IMG/VR virus record: IMGVR_UViG_3300032893_002794 | DNA length: 26,998 bases | DNA from: an uncultured virus (IMG/VR IMGVR_UViG_3300032893_002794) | Lineage: Duplodnaviria; Heunggongvirae; Uroviricota; Caudoviricetes | Strand: one strand, 5' to 3' | Part shown: positions 1-6,913 of the stretch, piece by piece | Numbering within the stretch: position 1 is the stretch's first letter | How the letters are laid out: each line of letters opens with the position of its first letter | Program-made: the position numbers and the translations under genes | Notes under the pieces: model-generated | What the model was told of the DNA's origin: nothing | What the model saw: only the letters and a program-made list of their open reading frames with translations | Databases searched by the model: none

Positions 1-1
1 C

Positions 2-205
2 GTGGGCCGGCACCTTGACTAAGACGTGCTCGCTGTCGAAGTCGAGCACCAACACCAATACCCCGTCGCCGATCACCTCGCGATTCGCGACGACGACGGC
101 GACCTCCCTCTCATCAGCGTCGGTAAATGTCGCGACCTTCTCGGTCGAAAATAGACCAGGTTTAACGGACGCCCGCATCGTAGCTACTTGTTGGCGGTGA
201 ATCAT
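2..205 (-). CDS. Hypothetical protein, truncated by the window edge (MIHRQQVATMRASVKPGLFSTEKV...)
   Basis: Hand translation: ATG at 205-203 with GAGAGG upstream, open to the window edge. The same frame is also open upstream to about 363, so the start is uncertain. Confidence 0.5.
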   Translation of the reverse strand, partial: MIHRQQVATMRASVKPGLFSTEKVATFTDADEREVAVVVANREVIGDGVLVLVLDFDSEHVLVKVPAH

Positions 206-712
206 GATCTTTTGCCTCTCCGGAAGTTTTCTTCTCCACGACTGGCCTTCGTGATCGGTGAACAGGACACCCGACCATCCTTCAGTCGTCGCTGTGAACA
301 TACCGCGCTGTCGATCTGCACCCGTGACTTCTCCTGTCCGGACGTCTCCATCAGACAGCACACCGAAAATCACCTGGATGGAATCACCGACCTCCGGAAA
401 TCTCTTGGCAACCCGATCTGCCATCATGCTGCCCTCGCCTCCTCGCATCCTAGATTGGTCCGAACGCATCCTCTTACTCCACCGCACGCTACTATCTTCC
501 CAGATCGCAGCTCTGTAACTCCAAGAGAGCACTCGCTAGGTCAGTCTTTCCGGCCACCACCAAGTCCTCGATGGAGACGAGCCCCACCTCAAGTGCTCGA
601 ACGCCTGGTCGCTGACACTGACGTCTCGACACTTGACAGCGAGCGGCCTCGTCGCCAGTGGGCTCGTGATCTTGAGCTCGATCGTTATCGTCTTCATGGC
701 ATCCTCCTGTGT

Positions 713-1021
713 TCAACCAGCCGCTCCCACCGAGCGGCCCGTCAGCGCGCAGCGGTTGCACACCGCCACCCGCACCCGGTTACCGACGGTGGTCAGCTCG
801 TCGCACGTGTGGCACCGCACCTCCTCCCTGGGCTCGTGGGCGTCCTTCCAGCGCCTGCACGCGAGCACGGCGATCCGGTCTGCCAGCACCTTGACAGTCT
901 CGGACTTGGTCCCGGGAGCCACGTGGGGAGCCAGCATGAGCGCCACCTCCTTGGCGAACATAACCACCCTCTCGTCGTAGTCGAAGTCTATGAGCAGCTG
1001 CCCCGAAGCCACGTCACTCAC
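713..1021 (-). CDS. Hypothetical protein with C-terminal CxxC...CxxC zinc-binding motif
   Basis: ORF with GAGGAGG upstream, packed against upstream stop codons; CHTC and CNRC motifs. Confidence 0.65.
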   Translation of the reverse strand: MSDVASGQLLIDFDYDERVVMFAKEVALMLAPHVAPGTKSETVKVLADRIAVLACRRWKDAHEPREEVRCHTCDELTTVGNRVRVAVCNRCALTGRSVGAAG

Positions 1022-1286
1022 CTCCTCTCGGCGGTCTTCCCACCCGAGCCGGTATGACGCCTAGGTCGATCTGGAGCACCTGCACCCTCCTGTAGAGGTA
1101 CGTCCGCGGCACCCCGAGAGCCGCCGCGGCGCGAGTGCGCGAGCCCCCGCACGACTGCAGAGCCTGTATGATGAGTATCCGCTCGTGCAGCGCCATGATC
1201 TGGGGCAGAGTGCGAGGCGGCTGCCGCTCTCCGCTTCTCTCGACGGAGGCGTCTCGCCGCCCCATCCTTTGGCTTGGCATTGGCAT
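1014..1286 (-). CDS. Fis-family helix-turn-helix protein (stand-alone HTH_8-like domain)
   Basis: ERILIIQALQSCGGSRTRAAAALGVPRTYLYRRV matches the Fis/NtrC C-terminal pattern (ExxxIxxALxxxxGNxxxAAxxLGIxRxTLYRK). Strong AAGGAGGT SD. Confidence 0.85.
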   Translation of the reverse strand: MPMPSQRMGRRDASVERSGERQPPRTLPQIMALHERILIIQALQSCGGSRTRAAAALGVPRTYLYRRVQVLQIDLGVIPARVGRPPRGGE

Positions 1287-1503
1287 CTCGACCTCCTTTC
1301 AGAGTCTCCAAGTACCCTTGATCCACCGCATGCTCATAGAGCTCCAGCTTCATCTCGTGCATGTATCCCAGCACCGACCCCCTGCGCTTGTACCGATGTT
1401 TCTTGGACACCTTCAAGTGCTCGTAGGCGTCCCGAAATGCCATGTTGAGCCGGAACTCGTCATACCCGGGCAGCCCGTGCCGCCTGCCCCAGCTAGACGG
1501 CAC
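1018..1503 (-). CDS. Hypothetical protein; 3' half overlaps the Fis-like gene in another frame
   Basis: First ~70 aa look protein-like and fill the gap between the sigma and Fis-like genes; the remainder looks like run-on. Confidence 0.5.
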   Translation of the reverse strand: MPSSWGRRHGLPGYDEFRLNMAFRDAYEHLKVSKKHRYKRRGSVLGYMHEMKLELYEHAVDQGYLETLKGGRDANAKPKDGAARRLRREKRRAAAASHSAPDHGAARADTHHTGSAVVRGLAHSRRGGSRGAADVPLQEGAGAPDRPRRHTGSGGKTAERR

Positions 1504-2137
1504 GCGAGCCCCTCCCGCATGCGGACTCGTCGCTCGTCGAGTGGAGATCTCCGCACTCCTCGCACCTGCAGAGGCTCGCGCGCAGAGCGCCTATGGCCTC
1601 GTTCTTGATCTGGCATACGCGACTCTCCGTCAAGCCCAGCCTCCTGCCGATCGACTTGAGGGTGTTGTCTTCTCGGTAGTACCACGTGACGACGTCCCGG
1701 AGCCTGCCGGGCAGCCGCCCGACGGCCTCCCACAGGAGGTCGCGGCTCTCGCGGTCGAGCATCTGGGACTCGATGCTGCCTTCACAGGCGATCTCCTCCA
1801 GGTCGTCGACCCTCATCTTGCGCACTAAGCACCACGCCGGCACGGCCTCCTCGCCGCCGGCGGCGATGGCCTGCCGGCCGTCCCGCTTGACGTGGTCCAT
1901 CGTTCGGAGCTCGTCGTACATGGCCCCGCGGACCCTGTGTACGGCGTACGCGCGCCAGAAGTCCATCACCTGGAGCTTCGCGGGGTCGTAGTTCCGCCAC
2001 GCATCGAAGAGACCTGCCATGCCCGCCGCCACGAGGTCGTCGAACATATCCCACTGGCCCGACCGGCGCAGTATCAGCCGAGCTAAGCACTCGACGCTGC
2101 GTCGCCGGTTCGACCACACCTCTTCGAACGACTTCAT
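1493..2137 (-). CDS. Sigma-70 family sigma factor, FliA/WhiG (sigma-28)-like, with shortened region 3
   Basis: Region 2: DDLVAAGMAGLFDAWRNYDP...AYAVHRVRGAMYDELRTMD. Region 4: LPGRLRDVVTWYYREDNTLKSIGRRLGLTESRVCQI. Both follow FliA/WhiG signatures. Confidence 0.9.
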   Translation of the reverse strand: MKSFEEVWSNRRRSVECLARLILRRSGQWDMFDDLVAAGMAGLFDAWRNYDPAKLQVMDFWRAYAVHRVRGAMYDELRTMDHVKRDGRQAIAAGGEEAVPAWCLVRKMRVDDLEEIACEGSIESQMLDRESRDLLWEAVGRLPGRLRDVVTWYYREDNTLKSIGRRLGLTESRVCQIKNEAIGALRASLCRCEECGDLHSTSDESACGRGSRAV

Positions 2138-2149
2138 GGCCGCTGACCA

Positions 2150-2638
2150 CTATACACCTCCCCCGGCGTCAGCCTGTGACACTCCAGCCACTCGGGCACC
2201 GAGCCACAGCCCAAGCCTCGCCAGCACGCGCTCTACGACCATCACGGTGACCACGCCGACTCCCCTCATCTTGAGGAGGTCTCGCCGCCCGAGCCGCACG
2301 AGCTGCCCGACCGTCCGAACGGCTGACTGACTGCGGGTCAGCTCGGGATCTGCCAGGAGGACGAACGCATTTTTCTCGACCTCCGTCAAGTCCGGCAGCC
2401 CCGCGAGCTCGAGGTCTAAGAGGCCACCCTCGACGGTGACCGGCGCCGACAACTTCCTCGAGTACTCACCCCACCACCTCTCGCTCGACAGCACCACCAC
2501 TGCCGTCATCTTCCCGCCCGACACCTCCACCTTGACGGCGAGCTTCTCGTCAGATGACAGTGAGAGCTCCCGGCGGGCGAACCCAAGCACCTGCTCCCAC
2601 ACGCACGACACTGCCTTGTCGAAGTCACGAGCGTCCAC
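2150..2638 (-). CDS. Protein with C-terminal RNA polymerase alpha-subunit CTD-like domain
   Basis: VRTVGQLVRLGRRDLLKMRGVGVVTVMVVERVLARLGLWLG aligns by eye with alpha-CTD [41 protein letters not shown]. Confidence 0.75.
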   Translation of the reverse strand: MDARDFDKAVSCVWEQVLGFARRELSLSSDEKLAVKVEVSGGKMTAVVVLSSERWWGEYSRKLSAPVTVEGGLLDLELAGLPDLTEVEKNAFVLLADPELTRSQSAVRTVGQLVRLGRRDLLKMRGVGVVTVMVVERVLARLGLWLGARVAGVSQADAGGGV

Positions 2639-2843
2639 GGTACCTCCTCAGGCGCCTCGAGCACCACAAGACAACTACCCCTACAACACCCGCCAAGATC
2701 AGCACCGGCCACAGCGGAGCCATCAACACCCAGAAGATCTTGCCCCGCTGACTATGGAGATCGACACGATCTCCGTCCCTCAGCTGAGCGTATACCCACC
2801 CGAGGGCCCCGCCGAACCACGCCATGATCAATACCTTAGTCAT
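2625..2843 (-). CDS. Small membrane protein with two hydrophobic segments and a basic tail
   Basis: Two hydrophobic stretches including WPV; GAGGAGG SD; packed in the operon. Confidence 0.7.
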   Translation of the reverse strand: MTKVLIMAWFGGALGWVYAQLRDGDRVDLHSQRGKIFWVLMAPLWPVLILAGVVGVVVLWCSRRLRRYRGRS

Positions 2844-2858
2844 CTCTCGTGCCTCCTC

Positions 2859-5021
2859 TCACACGGCTGCCCTGAGCATGGCCTTGGTCACCGTGTCGAA
2901 GTTGCGCTCGATCTCAGCGTCGAAGTCGAAGCCCTCCGACATCCTGTCGCCCGAGCGCAGCTCGGCGACGGTCCACGGCCTTGTCTCCCCGTCCGGGTAG
3001 TGGAAACGCTTGGACAGCATCTCAAAAGTCAGCGCCTTGATGACCAAGAGCTCGAACGGGCTCGTCGTGTACTGGCCGCCTACGAGAGTGCGATAGAGCT
3101 CCCGCATCCGAGTCATGCGCTGGACCCCGATGCGGTCGCCCGCGATGATCTTGTCGAGCTTGTCCCAGGCCGCCTGCCCCTGACCGAGGGAGAACCCCTT
3201 GGCCTTGGTTAGGCGCTTCTCCTTCCAGGTCCCGTCCCGCATGAGCTCGAAGCCCTCGCCCCGGTAGATCTTGGGAGCCACGAACTCGGCCCAGTCCATC
3301 TTCTTCTCGAGCTTGAGGGCGCCGAGCGTCTTGTCGTCAGTCGGCAGGGTAGCCTTGGTCGACACCGAGTCCGTGTCGAAGTAGTAGGGGGGCTTGTCCT
3401 GCCTGTAGCACTCCTTCGCGAAGTCGTAGAGCGTTCGGCGGGCGATGGCGGTGATGACGGAGGCCACGATCACGTGCCGGTGGGCAATCTTGGCCTCCTT
3501 GTCGGCCAACCAGACGCCCGGCTGGAGCATCTGCATGGTCGACCGGTCGATCTCGTCGGGATTGACGAGCATCTCCTGCTTGTGGGTCGACTCCGCGGCC
3601 TTGCCGTAGAGGGAGTTGAGCAGGTACTTGAGCACCAGCTTCCGAAAGTCCGTCGTGGAGGCGGCCCGGAGCGCGTAGATCTGCCTGGCGTACGCCGCGA
3701 AGTCGTCAAACGGCTCGAAGACATACACCTCGTGCACCTTGTGCAGGGTGGCCCCCTCGCGCAGCGCGAGCCTTATGTCCGTAGAGGTAAACCAACTCCG
3801 CCACCTCCCGGTCGGGAAGAAGACGCGGTTGTCCTTCCGATAGGGCAGCGGCGGCAGCACCATGTCCGGCACCTCGACGGTCGCGTCGACCAAGTAGATG
3901 CAGGAGTCCGAGTCGTCGTCCGGCAGCGTGGTCCGGTACTCGACGAGGTTGGCCGGCAGGGGATGGGTCATCGCGTACGGGAACGAGGAGTTGATGTCGT
4001 AGATCTGGAAGTCGCTCGCATTGCGCGCCAGCACCTCGACCCTCGAAGCGAAGTAGCTCTCCTGGCTGATGCTGTTGAGCCTCTCGCTCGTAAAGATGTC
4101 CCGCTTGAGGAAGGCCCGCCGGAACAAGGTCATGGCGGTCGAGGCGATGGTCTGCTGGAGCTGCCCGCCGAGCGCGACTATCTCGGCCTCGAACTCCGCT
4201 ATGGCCTTCCACAAGATCTCGCAGTCGAGCTTGTTGTACAAAGTCAAGATGTCGATTGGGGCCTCGGCATAGAAGGTGACCATCTCCGGCCGCGAGAGCG
4301 ACTCGAAGTCCTTGACCTGCCGGCCAAACCGCTCGGACATCCAGGCCAGGGCCTTCGGGTCGTCGCCCTTCTTGATGCCGATAGCCTTACCGATGGAGGC
4401 GAGCTTGTCGCGCAGGAGCCAGTAGGAGTCGCAGAAGTGCCAGGCGTTCTTGCCGCTCACCACGTGGACGATGATGGCCGAGCTCCCGGAAAACGAGGCC
4501 TTGATCTTCCACATCCTGCCCCTGCCGTCCATACCCTGCTCCACTGTGGTCTTCTTGCTGCCGTCGGGTGAGTAGATCGCACTCGACCTGGTGGCGAGGA
4601 GGCTCTCGGCCCTCACCTGCTCCTTGATCTGGGTGAGCAGCTCGTCGAGCACGAACTGCATGTCGGCGAGGCCCCCGGCGTGGGCGAAAAACCACCAGCC
4701 GCGATACTCCCTGACAAGGAGTGCCTCTACGAGCTCGCGCACCGCCGGATAGCACCTATAGCTCGCGACCATGGTGGGCTCGTCCATATCCTCCTCGCCC
4801 TCCTCGGGCTGCTGGTCGTAGTACCCGCAGATGCGAGCCCGCAGGGCGGAGGTCATCCGCCGCGAGGGTGGGAGCGGCACGCGGAACCTCTCGCGAGTCC
4901 CGACGATCTCGACCTCCGTGTTGACGAGCTCGGGCAGGCTCTCCCCGGGCACCCACTCGAGGTCGAGGACGCCGAACCTGCGCAGCCTGCGCTCGGTCGT
5001 TATGGGGTTGAATACCGGCAC
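2859..5021 (-). CDS. Family B DNA polymerase, protein-primed (phi29/PRD1, DNA_pol_B_2) type
   Basis: ExoI DLE, ExoII-like AHAGGLAD, ExoIII YNKLDCEIL, motif A YDINSSFPYAM, TPR1-like PLPYR...FPTGRWRSWFTSTDI, motif B KYLLNSLYGK, motif C YFDTDS, KxY motif APKIY, KAKG. Confidence 0.92.
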   Translation of the reverse strand: MPVFNPITTERRLRRFGVLDLEWVPGESLPELVNTEVEIVGTRERFRVPLPPSRRMTSALRARICGYYDQQPEEGEEDMDEPTMVASYRCYPAVRELVEALLVREYRGWWFFAHAGGLADMQFVLDELLTQIKEQVRAESLLATRSSAIYSPDGSKKTTVEQGMDGRGRMWKIKASFSGSSAIIVHVVSGKNAWHFCDSYWLLRDKLASIGKAIGIKKGDDPKALAWMSERFGRQVKDFESLSRPEMVTFYAEAPIDILTLYNKLDCEILWKAIAEFEAEIVALGGQLQQTIASTAMTLFRRAFLKRDIFTSERLNSISQESYFASRVEVLARNASDFQIYDINSSFPYAMTHPLPANLVEYRTTLPDDDSDSCIYLVDATVEVPDMVLPPLPYRKDNRVFFPTGRWRSWFTSTDIRLALREGATLHKVHEVYVFEPFDDFAAYARQIYALRAASTTDFRKLVLKYLLNSLYGKAAESTHKQEMLVNPDEIDRSTMQMLQPGVWLADKEAKIAHRHVIVASVITAIARRTLYDFAKECYRQDKPPYYFDTDSVSTKATLPTDDKTLGALKLEKKMDWAEFVAPKIYRGEGFELMRDGTWKEKRLTKAKGFSLGQGQAAWDKLDKIIAGDRIGVQRMTRMRELYRTLVGGQYTTSPFELLVIKALTFEMLSKRFHYPDGETRPWTVAELRSGDRMSEGFDFDAEIERNFDTVTKAMLRAAV

Positions 5022-5103
5022 AATTGACCTACTGACAATCCACGCCTATCCAGCAGACGAGTGCTCTCGCTCTTTCGTCCATGCCTATCAGATTAACAAC
5101 CCA

Positions 5104-5373
5104 TCAAGGTACAACTACGGACTTGACAGGGCCATATGCTGTCACCAAGTCTTGGCACACACATTGTAAACAGATCGCACCAGTGCCTGCAGTGACGGAC
5201 TTTCCTTCCGCGTCAGTCCATGAAAAACAAACTGGATCACTGCGTATATTACCGGTCTGTTTTGGAAACCTCCAAGTATGACCTCGCTTGCACGTGTGCA
5301 ATTCCCATTCATACAAGATGTTCAACGAAGCACTTGTAGAAATCTCAAAAACTTGTTTTTGTTCAGTTGTCAT
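5104..5373 (-). CDS. Small hypothetical protein with putative metal-binding CxxGH / CxxC residues
   Basis: ATG (MTTEQK) with GAGAGGA upstream; visibly lower GC than its neighbours. Confidence 0.6.
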   Translation of the reverse strand: MTTEQKQVFEISTSASLNILYEWELHTCKRGHTWRFPKQTGNIRSDPVCFSWTDAEGKSVTAGTGAICLQCVCQDLVTAYGPVKSVVVP

Positions 5374-5383
5374 CCTTTTCCTC

Positions 5384-5818
5384 TCAATCCTGCGGCACGA
5401 CGATGAGAGCTCCCGTGATGTTCCGAGCGCTGGCATTCGTGTTGGTCACACCCACCCGAATCTGATCGCCCCTCTTCACGGGTCGCATCCTCAGCGGGCA
5501 GGGATACTGGGGGAGGTAGTCCTCGACCTTAGCCTCCGGCCTGCACTGACGGAGCACCTCCTCCGTCAGCTCGTCCGTCGACGAGAACAGAGTGGCCGGC
5601 ACGGGATCGTCAGCGTCGAGCAGCACGTGGTCCTCCCGGAGGGCGCCGCCCTCGCGAGTCACCGTCGAGATCTGGTAGACCAAGAAGTCTACCGCCACGT
5701 GCTCGGGGATGAACAGTCGCACGGGAACTACGTCTCGCTCAACCATGAAATGAAAGAGCATCGACGAGTTGCCACTCACGGCATGGACGCCCAGTCCCTT
5801 GACCAAGTACTTTTCCAT
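5384..5818 (-). CDS. Beta-rich hypothetical protein, possible jelly-roll structural protein
   Basis: Alternating hydrophobic beta-strand pattern (PVRLFIP, DFLVYQI, IRVGVTN, RNITGALIV). Start chosen at MEKY, directly after the upstream stop. Confidence 0.55.
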   Translation of the reverse strand: MEKYLVKGLGVHAVSGNSSMLFHFMVERDVVPVRLFIPEHVAVDFLVYQISTVTREGGALREDHVLLDADDPVPATLFSSTDELTEEVLRQCRPEAKVEDYLPQYPCPLRMRPVKRGDQIRVGVTNTNASARNITGALIVVPQD

Positions 5819-5820
5819 GC

Positions 5821-6015
5821 CTATCCGGTTGACGCTCCACTGAAGGCTCCGCCGTTCTTCAAAAGCCACTTGTGCAGACGTTTTTGTACGTGATCTCGTT
5901 CTGAATCACTCATGAATCCGTGGACATGCAAAGCACCAGCGCAAGCCAACATACGTTTGAGGCATGTCTCGGACTTCCAGGTTGGAAACTTGGCATAAGG
6001 CCGTAATTTCGACAT
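5821..6015 (-). CDS. Small hypothetical protein
   Basis: AGGAG SD before ATG; fills the operon gap; lower GC. Confidence 0.6.
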   Translation of the reverse strand: MSKLRPYAKFPTWKSETCLKRMLACAGALHVHGFMSDSERDHVQKRLHKWLLKNGGAFSGASTG

Positions 6016-6106
6016 TTCAAACTCCTATCGAGTTAGTGGTGTGCGTGAACCGGATAAGCATGTACTTTTCCGATCCCATTTAAATTGAAAGTCGCTGAGC
6101 TGTCAG

Positions 6107-6595
6107 TCAACCTGCTGCTATTCGATCAGTTGCCGTTCCCCACGGCACCCCGCCGACCAGCTCGGACATGATCGCCCTCGCCCTGGCCGCGCTCTGAGAG
6201 TCGTTCCACACCCTGCACCGACCGCTCGGGTGCGGCAGCCCGACCAGCCTCTTCCCCCGTACGACGGACCACTCGAATGGTAACGGTCCCTTGAAAACGC
6301 TCCTGACCTTAGACCCCAGCAGCACGAGCACCGAGTGGTGGGACCCCAGGCACTGCTGGGCCTCCTCCAGGGCGACCTCCTCCGACCACCTGCCCCGGCA
6401 GAGGTTGACCTTGTCCAGCAACCGAGCGTACTCGCAGTCTCGGAGTCCCAGTATCCTGCGAAGACGGTCTCCGCTCGACCCCCTGGGCATGTGGTAGAGG
6501 GCCAGGCGCGGGTCCGCGCCGAACGGGTTGAGCTCGCCCACTAATAGTACCCGACTGTGCTGATCGTGGAGATCGTCCAAACTATTGACACCCAT
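6107..6595 (-). CDS. Uracil-DNA glycosylase superfamily protein (minimal)
   Basis: VLLVGELNP (motif A-like), SGDRL, VNL, LVLLGSKV, LPHPSGR (motif B). Confidence 0.8.
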   Translation of the reverse strand: MGVNSLDDLHDQHSRVLLVGELNPFGADPRLALYHMPRGSSGDRLRRILGLRDCEYARLLDKVNLCRGRWSEEVALEEAQQCLGSHHSVLVLLGSKVRSVFKGPLPFEWSVVRGKRLVGLPHPSGRCRVWNDSQSAARARAIMSELVGGVPWGTATDRIAAG

Positions 6596-6601
6596 TGAAC
6601 A

Positions 6602-6913
6602 TCACCAACTCAATAAAACCACAGCGATCATGGCGCACACTATACCAATTGATCGACGAGCTGTTATTGGCTCTCCAAACCAACCTACCCCTAGTGCAAC
6701 TAGTGCGACGGTCGAGAGCAGGATCCAGACTATTCCTGTCAGGTACAGACTTCTACCTATCCTCAGGGCCGGCAGCCAACTCGCGCCACTTAGGGCGTAA
6801 CAGATCACAGAAACCCACGCCCAACTGATCCCGTCCCCCAGACTCCATTTCTTGGAGAAAAAATCACCCAGCCCGACTAGAAACCCCGACAGTATTAGCC
6901 AAAAATACATCAC
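6602..6913 (-). CDS. SMR/DMT-family small four-helix membrane transporter
   Basis: About 103 aa with four hydrophobic helices; GIVW...LGVGWFGEPITARRSIGI matches the SMR C-terminal signature. Confidence 0.8.
   Translation of the reverse strand: MMYFWLILSGFLVGLGDFFSKKWSLGDGISWAWVSVICYALSGASWLPALRIGRSLYLTGIVWILLSTVALVALGVGWFGEPITARRSIGIVCAMIAVVLLSW

Noticed and set aside
1493..2137. Host flagellar fliA locus and sigma-28 promoters
   Set aside because: No flagellar genes nearby, region 3 is shortened, and no convincing TAAA-N15-GCCGATAA site was spotted by eye; gene symbol withheld.
3474..4571. 365-aa plus-strand ORF and similar antisense ORFs (188-1057, 12546-13355, 14875-15690, 15761-16828)
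   Set aside because: Antisense shadows of genuine high-GC genes, with no motifs.
2859..5021. Pipolin (piPolB) or casposon
   Set aside because: Motif C is the canonical DTDS of pPolBs, and no integrase or Cas1 is seen in the window.
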